64,000 bases of DNA from NCBI RefSeq assembly GCF_963921235.1, contig NC_086118.1, positions 31,124,001-31,188,000 of the forward strand, given 5' to 3'. The notes under the pieces are model-generated. The model saw only the letters and a list, made by a program, of their open reading frames with translations, had not been told where the DNA came from and did no database searches. The translations under genes were made by a program, and so were the position numbers. This DNA comes from Mobula hypostoma (taxonomy: Eukaryota). This document shows, in pieces, positions 1 to 12,000 of this stretch; the first letter of the stretch is position 1, and the number at the start of each line of letters is the position of its first letter.

Positions 1-1534
1 AATATCCCCTTTTCCGTTGGCCCTAAGTAAGCATTACAAATTAGAATCTATTTAAAAAATTGTTCCAGTCCTTATCCAGTGGTTCTCTTTGAAAAACATG
101 GAATTCTGATAGGCTGATCAAAAGCAACTAATAAAAAGATACAATATAACACACCATATGCAAAAATAAAGTAATCTGCTGGAGGAACTCAGCGTGTCAG
201 GTAGCATCAGCGGAGGATGAGGGATGGTCAACCACGACTCTGCATTACAATCCCAAAGCCCTCCGCCTCAACAGATGCCTGACCCTGCAAATATTTGTGG
301 GTTTTTTTGCTCCAGATTACAACAGTCTCTTACGATTCTATTGTATTTCATGTTGGTGTTATCAAAAGTTGACAGTAAGCCATGAACAGAAATATTTCAG
401 AAAGGCAAAAATCTGAAAATAGAGAGAAACAAGTAGCCTTTGGCTTACAAGGGATGGGTAGCTGGCTCGATTTTCAGAAAGTGGGCCATATTTTGATTTT
501 CCAAAGCCACATCTAATACATTTTATGCTGATTTATTTACATTTTTCTCTACACATGACCTGTGAGAGTGAATTTATTCCTCAACTCAGATTTTTGGTTT
601 GTGAAGTGTGAATTCTGCACAGGAGAATTACCATAACCCAAACAGACACAATGTGCTGGGGGTGGGGGTAAGACATTATAGAAATCTGAAATGAAAGCAG
701 AAAATGCTGTAAATATTCAGCAGGTCAGACACCAGGCATGCAGAGTTAGAAAGGTGCATAACAACACAAACAGGGTGAATGCACTGAGAGTTGCTGTATC
801 AAGAACTAGAGGACAGAGGTGCAGGTCAGAGAGGAAAGATTTAAGAGGAACTAGAGGGACACCATTCTTTGTTTACGCAGAGGGTAGTATCTGCAGAATC
901 AGCTGTCAGAGGAAGTGGTTGAGGCAGGTACAAGAACAACTTTCAAAACACAGTTAGACAGACACATGGATAGGAAAAATGGTTCTGGACCACGCACTGC
1001 CAAATGGGACAAGCTTGGATGGAGCATCTTGGTTTGCATGGACCATTTGGGCTGAAGGGTCAGTTTCCATGCAGTCTAGCTCTATGACATGAAGGGTTAT
1101 TGATCTGAAACGTTTCTGCCTCAACAGATGCTGCCTAACATGCTCTATATTAATGCAGAGCCCTTCACCTGTGTGCTAAAGACAAAACTGAAGCACTTAC
1201 AATCATATTCAGTCACAAGTGTGGAGGAGGCAATTCATTTTACACTCCAACTGACATTTCTCCACCAGATAAACTAGTTCTCAGGTCATTTGATTCATTT
1301 CTCTTGCCATCAACCAACATCTGAGAGTGATGTACACAGCAAAAGTCACATCTCGGGTACACTGCAGAAGGCTTGCATTCAGGAACCAGCCATGTCGTGT
1401 CCAACAGTTCCAATAAAATTGCAACACCAACAATGTGACAAATTGCCCAGATTTGTCCTGTTTACAGAAAAGCAGGACAAATTCAGAACAGATAATTGCT
1501 ATTAATAGCCTAGTTTTTAAAATTCAGCAACATG

Positions 1535-1823
1535 GTACTGTGTAGGCCCTTCCAATCCTTTGAGCCACGTTGCCCCAGCAACCCCACAACCTCAATTAAC
1601 CCTAACCTAACCTAATCAGGGGACAATTTGCAATGTCCAACTCATCTACTCGGTATGTCTTTGGACAGTGGGAGTAAGCCAGAGCACCTGGGGAAAACCC
1701 ATGTACTCCATGGGGAGGACGTACAGAGACTCGTTACAGAACCGTGCCGGGACTGAACTCTGAAACCCGGAACGCTCTGAACTGTAATAGCATCGCACTA
1801 AATGCTATGCTACCGTGGCGCCA
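1535..1823 (-). mobile_element. tRNA-derived V-SINE (HE1-like)
   Basis: Reverse strand has an A/B-box-like head (GGCGCCACGGTAGCATAGC...GAGTTCAGTCCC) and a V-domain core (GGGTTTTCCCCAGGTGCTCTGGCTTACTCCCACTGTCCAAAGACAT). Confidence 0.75.
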
Positions 1824-2599
1824 ATATGTCATGTCATTTATCGTATCAGTTTGGGTCTCACCTGAACTGCTGGACTTCCAACCTTATTAAAGACTTGGAC
1901 ACAAGAGTTGAATTACAGAAGTTAGATGACAGTGACTTCAAGGCATCATTTATCTGAATGTGACACCAAGAAACATTGGTATAATTAGTCAATGAGGGTC
2001 AAATAGTACAACACTGTAATGATCACATAAAGGAAGCTGGTTCTTGTTTGTTGTGAGTCAATCATCCCAGCCCCAGGACAACAGAGCAGGAGTTCCTCAA
2101 AGAACCGGCTTCAGGTGCTTCACCAATGACCTTCCTTCCGTGAAAAGGTCAGAAATGGAGATGTTCACTAATGACTACACTGTGTTCACTCAATTTGATG
2201 AAGTAGTCCGTGCCTGAAATAGCAAGACCCAGACAACAGGCTGGCTGATAAGTGGCAAGTAAACTTCACACACAACGTGGCAGGCAATGTTTGGCTCCAA
2301 CAAGAGACCATAATACATAGGAGCAGAATTAGGCCATTTGGCCCATTGAGTCTGCTGCTCCATTCGATCATGGCTGATCCTTTCTCCCCCTCCTCAGCCT
2401 AAACAGAGAGACTAAACTACCCTGGATATTCAATGGCATTATCATCACCAAGTTCCACCATCAATTTTACCACCACAGTGGGTTGAGCTGCATCTGTGGG
2501 AGAAAAGAAATTGTCAATGTTTTCTCCTATAGATGCTGCTCAACCCTCTGAGTTCCTTCAGCACCTTTTTTTTATTGATATACTTCCATTATTATACAC

Positions 2600-3950
2600 C
2601 AGAGGCTGGTGCTGAAGCATATCAGCTCCTGTCTGAATGGTAACTTTGATCTGCTCCAATTCACCTACCAAAACAACAGGTCTACAGCAAGTGCTATCTT
2701 GTTGGCTATTCACACAACCCTGGAACATCTGGACAGCAAAGAAGCATACATCAGGATGTTCTTAACCAATTACAACTCAGCAATTAACACCAATTATCCC
2801 CTCAAAAATAATCAGTACACTCCAAGACCTGGGCCTCAATACCCCCTTGTGCGATTGGATCCTGGATTTCTTCACTTGTATACCTCAGTCAATTCAAACT
2901 GGCAAAAACATCTCCTTCACAATCTTCATCAGCACAGGAGCACCGCAGGGATGTGTACTTAACCCCCCCCCCCACCCCCGCTCTACTCATTTTACACCTA
3001 TGACAGTGGCTAAGTACAGCTCCAACACCATATACCAGTTTGCGATGACACAACTGTTGTGGGCTGTATCAAAGGGGGTGATGAATCAGTATACAGGATG
3101 GAGACTGAAAACTTAGCTGAGTGGTGTAATAACAACAAACTGTCACTTAATGTCAATAAGACCAAGGAACTGATTGCAGACTTCAGGAGAGGAAAACCAG
3201 AGGACCATGAGCCAGTAATCACTGGAGGATCAGAGGTGGATAGGGTCAGTAAGTTTAAATTCCTGGATGTCACTACCTCAGAGGACCTGTACTGGACCCA
3301 TCATATAAATATTATTGTGAAGAAAGCACAACAGTGCCTTTACTTCCTCAGGAGTCTGCAGAGGTTTGGCATGTCATCGAACACTTTGGTAAACTTCGAT
3401 AGATGTGTGGTGGAAAGTGAGCTGACTGGCTGCATTATGGCCTGGTATGGGAACAGCAATGCCTTTGAGTGGAAAATCCTACAAAGGGTAGTGGATTCGG
3501 CCCAGTACATCATGGGTAAAACCCTCCCAACCATTAAGCACACCTACATGAAACATTGCTGTAAAAAAAGCAGCATCCATCATCAACAATCCTCACTGCC
3601 CAGGCCATGCTCTTTTCTCGCTGCTGCCATCAGGCAGAAGGTACAAGAGCCTCAGGACTCTCACCACTAGCTTCAAGAACAGTTACTATCGCTCAACCAT
3701 CAAGATTTTGAACAACAGGAGTTAGCTACACTCATTTAAGGACTCTGTTATATTGTTATTTCATGCTTGTTATGTATTGCTACTTATATCTGCATTTGCA
3801 TAATTAGTTTACAGTTCTTGATGTTTACAGTTTACAGATCCCGTTTACAATTACTGCTCCATAGATTTGCTAAGCATGCCCACAGAAAAATAAACTGAGG
3901 GTTGTATGTGGTGACATGCATGTATTCAACAGTAAACTTCACTTTGAACG
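2600..3950 (+). mobile_element. 5'-truncated Rex1/Babar LINE, degenerate RT
   Basis: [39 protein letters not shown] motifs across frameshifted ORFs, plus a 3' tail. Confidence 0.85.
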
Positions 3951-5223
3951 TTATTGGGAATATATGGATAATGCAACATGGTACCCAAAATCCCCAGCAA
4001 AGGATAAATATATCCTGTGCATCCATCCCTCACTACGAGCATCACATACTGTACACAATCATTTTCTCCTTTACACAATCATGTATTGCACACTTCCTAC
4101 AGTACGCATCAAACACTGCAAACACCTTGTAACTCGTACAAAGAATTTGTCATGAACTCCACGACTTACTTTCAATGAATGGCCGTGTCGCGTATCGCAT
4201 TGTTAACACTCCTACAAAGGACGTGTCTCCCACTGCATTGTACATGTAATTTCATTTTAAGCAGTTACTTAGAACTCTGGTTTCAAGGATGCATAACACA
4301 CACCAACTCTCACCTATAAAGACTGTATCGCGCTCCCTTATACAGGATGTGTCACATATTGTGCTATCCTAAGTCCCTATAATTAACTGAAAATACAAAA
4401 GCTAAAAATGTAAACGCTGGAAATCTGAAATTAAACATTACAGCACGTAAACACTCGGCAGTTTTGGACGCATTTGTGGAGAGAATGCTAGTTATCGAAA
4501 CAGTTCTAGCGAAGAATCACTGATCTGAAACGATAACTTTATTTCTCCCTCCATAGATGCTGCCTGGCCAGCTAAGTTCTTCAGGCACGTTTTGCCTTTA
4601 CCCCTGAGGAATATACACTGTCCCACAGAGGAGCCCCTAGATATGATATGTCAGCCCGAGCTTCCATTTCCATCCTCTTCCATTTACCGTCTGTCCATCG
4701 GCAATTCAGCTCGCAATGAATTCAGCACACCACTCACTTCCCTCCTTACTCCCACTTTATCCTCCCTCTATTCCCCTCTTCCCCTCCAACTGCTCACCAG
4801 AGATCTCCAGCCATTGCTCTACTCCAGTTGGGCTCCACTTCCTGCTTTTGGTCCGACACACAAATCAGTACTAAATGCAAACCGGTTCTCTGAACATTCG
4901 TTCCGACCAAGATTTGAGATCAGAATTACTGTACAGTGATTTATTGTCAAGTCAAATCAAGTTTATTATCATTTCGACCATAAGCTGCTGGTACAGTACA
5001 CAGTAAAAACGAAACAACGTTCCTCCAGGACCCTGGTGCTACACGAAACAACACAAAACTACCCTAGACTATGTGAGACAGCACAAGGCTACACTAGACG
5101 ACGTAAAACAACATAAAAACTGCACTAGACTACAGGAATTCTGAAGATGCTGGAAATTCAAGCAACACACATCAAAGTTGCTGGTGAACACAGCAGGCCA
5201 GGCAGCATCTCTAGGAAGAGGTA

Positions 5224-5261
5224 CAGTCGACGTTTCGGGCCGAGACTCTTCGTCAGGACTA
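5224..5261 (-). ncRNA. Minimal type-I hammerhead ribozyme motif (Penelope-like terminal repeat)
   Basis: UAGUC-CUGACGA-A-GAGUCUCGGCCC-GAAAC-GUC-GACUG: both core boxes, GUC cleavage triplet, stem I UAGUC/GACUG, one mismatch in stem II. Confidence 0.7.
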
Positions 5262-6381
5262 ACTGAAGGAAGAGTTAGTAAGAGGTTTGAAAGTGGGAGG
5301 GGGAGGGAAAGATCCAAAATGATAGGAGAAGACAGGAGGGGGAGGGATGGAGCCAAGAGCTGGACAGGTGATTGGCAAAGGGGATACGAGAGGATCATGG
5401 GACAGGAGGTCTGGGAAGAACGACAAGTGGGGGGGGGGAACCCAGAGGATGGGCAAGGGGTATAGTCAGAGGGGCAGAGGGAGAAAAAGGAGAGTGAGAG
5501 AAAGAATGTGTGTATAAAAATAAATAACGGATGGGGTACGAGGGGGAGGTGGGGCATTAGCGGAAGTTAGAGAAGTCAATGTTCATGCCATCAGGTTGGA
5601 GGCTACCCAGGCGGAATATAAGGTGTTGTTCCTCCAACCTGAGTGTGGCTTCATCTTGACAGCAGAGGAGGCCGTGGATAGACATGTCAGAATGGGAATG
5701 GGACGTGGAATTAAAATGTGAGGCCACTGGGAGATCCTGCTTTCTCTGGCGGACAGAGCGTAGTAAGTCCTTCCAGGTGAGGCGACACTTCACCTGTGAG
5801 TTGGCTGGGGTGATATACTGCGTCCGGTACTCCCGATGTGGCCTTCTATATATTGGCGAGACCCGACGCAGACTGGGAGACCGCTTTGCTACACTCTGTC
5901 CGCCAGAGAAAGCAGGATCTCCCAGTGGCCACACATTTTAATTCCACATTTCATTCCCATTCTGACATGTCTGTCCACGGCCTACTCTACTGTGAAGATG
6001 AAGCCACACTCAGGTTGGAGGAACAACACCTTATATTCCGTCTGGGTAGCCTCCAACCTGATGGCTTGAACATTGACTTCTCTAACTTCCGCTAATGCCC
6101 CACCTCCCCCTCGTACCCCATCCGTTATTTATTTTTATACACACATTCTTTCTCCTTTTTCTCCCTCTGTCCCTCTGACTATACCTCTTGCCCATCCTCT
6201 GGGTTCCTCCCCCCCTATTGTCTTTCTCCCTGGGCCTCCTGTCCCATGATCCTCTCATATCCCCTTTGCCAATCACCTGTCCAGCTCTTGGCTCCATCCC
6301 TTCCCCTCCTGTCTTCTCCTATCATTTTGGATCTCCCCTCCCCCTCCCACTTTCAAATCTCTTACTAACTTTTCCTTCAGT

Positions 6382-6419
6382 TAGTCCTGACGAAGGGTCT
6401 CGGCCTGAAACGTCAACTG
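6382..6419 (+). ncRNA. Minimal type-I hammerhead ribozyme motif (second arm)
   Basis: UAGUC-CUGACGA-A-GGGUCUCGGCCU-GAAAC-GUC-AACUG. The first pair of stem I is broken by a G>A change. Confidence 0.65.
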
Positions 6420-9099
6420 TAACTCTTCCTAGAGATGCTGCCTGGCCTGCTGCGTTCACCTGCAATTTTGATGTGTGTTGCTTAAAAACTGCACTAGACT
6501 ACGGACCTGCACAGGACTACATAGAGTGCACAAAACAATGCAGGGCAGTACAATAATTAATGAACAAGACAATAGGCACAGTAGAGGACAAATTACAATA
6601 TAATAATAAATGATGTAGATGTCAGCCTAGACTCTGAGTATTAAGGAGTCTGATGGCTTGGGAGAAGAAACTGTTGCATAGTCTGGTCGTGAGATCCTGA
6701 ATGCTTCGGTGCCTTTTGCCAGATGGCAGGAGGGAGGAGAGTTTGTGTGAAGGGTGCGTGGGGTCCTTCACAATACTGTTAGCTTTGCGGGTGCAGCGTT
6801 TGGTGTAAATGTCTGTAATAGCGGGAAGAGAGACCCCAATGATCTTCTCAGCTGACCTCACTATCCACTGCAGGGTCTTGCGATCTGAGACATGCAATTC
6901 CCAGACCAGGCAGTGATGCAGATGCTCAGGATGCTCTCGATACAACCTCTGTAGAAGGTGGTGAGGATGGAGGGTGGGAGATGGACTTTTCTCAGCCTTC
7001 GCAGAAAGTAGAGATGCTGCTGGGCGTTCTTGGCTGTGGAGCTGGTGTTGAGGGACCTGATGAGATTCTCCACCAGGTGAACACCAAGAAATTTGGTGCT
7101 CTTAACAATCTCTACGGAGGAGCCGTCAATTCAGCGGAGAGTGATTGTTCCGTGTCCTCCTGAAGTCAACAACCATCTCTTTTGTTCACATTCAGAGACA
7201 GGTCGTTGGCTCTGCACCAGTCTGTTAGCCGCTGCACCTCCTCTCTGTATGCTGACTCGTTCTTGCTGATGAGGCCCACCATGGTCATGTCATCGGTGAA
7301 CTTGATGAGGAAATTCGAGCTGTGTATTGCTGCACAGTTGTGGGTCAGCAGAGTGAACAGCAGTGGACTGAGCACACAACCCTGGGGGGCCCCTGTGCTC
7401 AGTGTGATGGTGTTGGAGATGCTGCTCCTGATCCGGACTGACTGAGGTCTCCCAGTCAGGAAGTCTAGGATCCAGTTGCAGAGGGAGGTGTTCAAGCCCA
7501 GCAGTTTCAGCTTTCCAATCAGGTGCTGAGGAATGATTGAATGCTGAACTGAAGTCTATGAACAGCATTCGAACGTATGTCTTTTTTGTCCAGGTGGGTG
7601 AGGGCCAGGTGGAGGGTGGTGGCGATGGTGTCGTCTGTTGAGCGGTTGGGATGGTACGCGAACCGCAGGGGGGTCCAGTGACGGGGGCAGCAGGGTCTTG
7701 ATGTGCCTCATGACGAGTCTCGAAACATTTCATGATGATGGATGTGAGAGCAACGGGACAGTAGTCGTTGAGGCAGGACACTGAAGACTTCTTCGGCACG
7801 GGGACGGTGGTGGCGGCCTTGAAGCACGTAGGAACGACGGTGCTGCTCAGGGAGATGTTGAAGATGTCAGTGAGAACTTCTGCCAGCGGGTTTGCACATC
7901 CTCTGAGCACTCTGCCAGGAATATTGTCTGGTCCAGCAGCTTTCTGTGGGTTGACCCTGCATAGAGTTTTCCTCACATCAGCCACGGTAAGACACAGCAT
8001 CTGGTCGTTGGGAAGAGAAGTGGTCTTCCTCGCCACCACGTCAGTTTCTGCCTTGAAACGAGCGTAGAAGTTCTTCAACGCTTCTGAGAGGGAGGCATCA
8101 CCAGCACAAGCAGGTGATGTTGTCCTGTAGTTGGTGATGTCCTGAATGCCCTTCCACATGCTCCACATGTTGCCGCTGTCCGGGATGGTGGCTGTGGATT
8201 CGCTGGGCGTGTGCACGCTTTGCCTCTCTGATGGCCTGGGACAGCTAGGCTCTCGCTGTTGTTAGGGCTGCCTTGTCACCTGCTCTGAAGGCGGAGTCGC
8301 GGGTCCTCAGCAGCGCACACACCTCCACGGTCATCCATGGCTTCTGGTTAGCGCGTTAAGGATCATCAATGCACTTGCTGATGTAGCTAGTCACTGATGC
8401 CGTCTACTCCTCTAAGTTGGTAGAGTCGCCATCGGTTGCAGCCTCCCTGAACATGTGCCAGTCAATGTGCTCAAAGCAGTCTTGAAGAGCAGAGATGGCT
8501 CCTGCTGGCCAGGTTTTCACTTGCTTCAGAACTGGTCTGGAGCGCCCTCTGAGCGGTCTGTATGCTGGGATTAGCATAACAAAGATGTGGTCTGAGTAAC
8601 CGAGGTGGGGGCAGGGCTCCACCCGGTACGCGTCGGGGATGTTTGTATAAACAAGGTCCAACGCGTTCTCCCCTCTCGTTGCAAAGTATCACCAAATATT
8701 CAATAGGAAAGTGTGCTTCTATTATATATTTTTAAAACTTCTTAAGCGTACGTTTTTCATTAACCCCACTGAAATCGCCTCATGTGGAGACCATAGCCAG
8801 AGGAACAGAATTATGTAATTCCGCCCATTGACTCAAGAGATTCCGCAGATGCTGGAAATCCAGAGCAACACACACAAAATGCAGGAGAAAATCAGCAGGT
8901 AAGGCAGAATCTATATAAAAAAACAATAAATAGTCTGCTTCAGGCCAAGGTCCTTACCAAAACTCTGACATTTTATTCCATCTGCCACTCTTTGCCCATC
9001 GTCCGAATTTATCCAAGTCCTACTGCAGAATCCTTACTTCCTCAGCACCACCTGCCCCTCCACCTAACCAGCCACAGTGAAGATATTTCCAGGCAGAGC

Positions 9100-12000
9100 C
9101 TGGAGATTCACAACCTCCAGGTAGCCATTGCTCAGCTTTTGCAAGGAGGAAGCTTGAGTTGCTTGGGAGAAGCAGTCGATCCCACTCTGGAGCCAGTACA
9201 TCTTCCAACCCCGGAAAGATCTGACAATAACTCAGGCTGGTGCCGCGGCTTCCTCATTCAATGCTCGTTATTGTTTGAACTTCAGCTGTCCCAGTTCCCT
9301 TCAGAGTGAGGAAAAGTGGCCTTCATTATCTCTCTCCTGACCGGAAGAGCCTTGGCCTGGGCCGTGGCGCATTGGGATCTTAGGTCAGAGTTCTGTGTGG
9401 ATTCAGAGGAGTTCATGGCCGCCATGAGGGACGTGTTTCATCACCCTGCCGGAGCCAGCCAAGCTTCAGACTACTTGATGTAGATTCGACAGGGAGGATA
9501 GTCAGCGACCGGCTATGCGATTGAATCTCGGACCTTGGCCCAGGGGAGCGGTTAGAACAGGGAGGTCTTGGCCACACTACACTGCCATGGACTCTGAGAT
9601 GAACTGAAGGATGCCTTTTCTTGGGAGAACCAGCGGAGAACTCAGAGTTTCTCATTGACCAGTCCATCTGCCTCAATAATTGCCTGGCAGAGCGAAAGTA
9701 GGACCACTTCAGAAGGTCAAAAAGGTCTGGTCCAAGTCCAGCCCCTACACAACGCAGTTTCACTCCCTAACCTTGGGCCATGACCAGCCCGTCTCCTGTT
9801 CAAGATCCAGTAGAACCCATGCAGGTCGGTTGCACCCATGGAGGTCAGTTGCACTATGCTCTCAGCCAATGAGAGGTCCCAACATCAGAGTCAAGGTTGC
9901 TGCTTTTACCGCGGGGAAGTAGGTCACCTGTGAGCCAAACGTCTGAAGCTGCAGTTCCCTGGGGAACTGCTAAGACTGTCCAGTGCCCAATCCCACAGAT
10001 TCTGGTTTTGTGGTAAAGGCAGAGCTCACCTAAGGTAAGAATGTTAGGGAGATGAAGGCTTTTATGGACTTGGGGGCAGTAGGTAATTTTCTGGATTTAG
10101 AAAACGCCTGTCTGTTCAACACACTGCTGCGAAAGTTGAGCCAGTCCTTGCCTGCAACTGTCTTGGACAGCCAACTGCTAGGTTCCGGGTAGATCCAGCA
10201 ACAAACTGTGGAATTGCAGATGAGGACTGGTGATCATGTGGAAGACATTAGTTTCTACTTTATTGACTCTCCACTCATACCCCTGATCCTTAAGCACTGT
10301 TGGATGTCCCAGCATAACTCATCTGTGCTCTGGAGGGAGGGAAGAATCATTGTTTAGTCCAATCATTGTAAGAGGCTTTGTTTACAGCATGGTGTTCCAA
10401 CACCCAGACTCTCTAGTGACCAATGACCTATAAGGGCAGGCTTTGGTGCAAGGGAACCTGAGACCTCTGGAGACCTAGTCCAGTCCTCAGGAGCAGAAAT
10501 GATGGTTCTGGCCAATGGGACAGTACAAGTTCTGACACAGTCTAGTCGAAATCCCAAAGGGACGATAGAGAGGGAATTTCTAGGTTGGGAGAAGACCAAG
10601 GAGGTGTCCAAGCAGTGTGGAAAACTTGCCGCTTAGCTGAAGAAACCAGCCGCCAGGTCTCAAGGGAGGGAAAGACTCCTTTACACCGATCCTTGATCTA
10701 TTCTCGGGAATGCAAGATCCCTCTGTAATGCCTCGCTGCTGATGCCTGTGGACACAGGCGGGGAGTTGGACTCTGAATTGGCCACTGTTTCCACGGATGA
10801 ACTTTGTGAGCTGAGAGAGAGGACTCTGAGACCCGTCGAATCACCCCTGATACCAAAGAAGTCTCTGGAGTTGTCCTTGAAAGAAGGTCCGGATGAGATA
10901 GCAACACCCAAACAGGTTGAAATCCCCTCTGTTTACAAGGACTTAGGGGAGATCTTCAGCAGGGGAAAGGTCCTCGACTCTTGCACCATACTGATCCTAT
11001 GACTGTGCCATGGGCCTGCTGTCCTCTGCAGGTCATTGGTACACGCTCTCACCATGGAGGAAAATGGAAAGGAAGGTCTTGCCACGGGCTTCATTTGGCC
11101 CTCCACCTTGCCTGCGGCTATGCATTGATTACAGGCGATTAATCCACATAAAAACTAAGAATCACTACCTCCTTCATCTTTTGAATATGGCTTTTGAGAT
11201 GCTCCAGGGGGGCAAGGGTATTCACAGATTTAGACCTCCAGGGTGTCTAGGATCTAGTCTGTGTTAACATGGATCTAGTCTGTGTGGAAGATGGCATTCA
11301 ATACACTGACTGGGCACTTAGAGTACCAGGATATGCTCTTTGGCCTTGCAAATACCCCAGCCATTTTCAAAGTCTTTATAAACAACATGCTCTGGGCTAC
11401 TCTTCATAATTATGGCTTCGTCTGCTTGGATGATCTCCTAAACTTCTCGAAGTCCATTGAGGAACACATTACTCACATCAGGGACATTTTAAAGAGGCTG
11501 CTAGACCATGTACTTTACATCAAGTTGGAGAAGTCTGAGTTTCATGTGACAACTGTTTCATTTTTAGGTTTCATTATCTCTAATAGTAATCTCATGATGG
11601 ACCCTACCAAGACCCAGGCAGTCAGAGACTGGCCACCATCATCCAATATCAAACAGATCCAATGATTCCTGGGGTTTCTCAACTTCTACCAGAGGTTCAT
11701 CAGAAACTTCAGATCAGTGGTAGCCCTGTTGATGGCCCTAACTAAGAAATCCGTGGGCCCTTTTGTCTGGACTACTAAAGCGGAGGCTGCTTTTGCAGAG
11801 CTTAAACAACAGTTTACTACAGCTCTCATCTTGCTTTCTCCTAACCTGCACCTTCCCTTCATTGTGGAGGTGGACGCCTCAGACATTGAATAGATGCCAT
11901 CTTGTCTCAACAATCACCTTCAGACAGTGAACTACACCCATGTGTACTCTTCTCCAGGCAGCTATCCCCGGCAGAGAGGAACTATGACATCGGAAATTAG

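Larger units (their letters stand above)
5134..6482. mobile_element. Penelope-like element (GIY-YIG C-terminus) in inverted two-arm arrangement with 20-bp TSD
   Basis: VIYCVRYSRCGLLYIGETRRRLGDRF and ...PVATHFN...EQHLIFRLGSLQPDGLN GIY-YIG motifs. Arms ~5160-5763 and 5889-6483 are reverse complements. TAAAAACTGCACTAGACTAC occurs at 5114-5133 and 6483-6502. Confidence 0.9.
4946..8690 (-). mobile_element. Rex1/Babar LINE, interrupted in its 3'UTR by a Penelope-like insertion
   Basis: [56 protein letters not shown] motifs and EN end LGYSDH. The tail resumes left of 5134. Confidence 0.87.

Noticed and set aside
4020-4370. Loosely periodic CA/TACA-rich tract, possible array
   Set aside because: No consistent repeat unit or spacer structure can be defined. 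At most a decayed minisatellite; not CRISPR-like.
4798-4814. MAGDL start resembling the PKR (EIF2AK2) N-terminus
   Set aside because: A five-residue match only, with no downstream dsRBD sequence.
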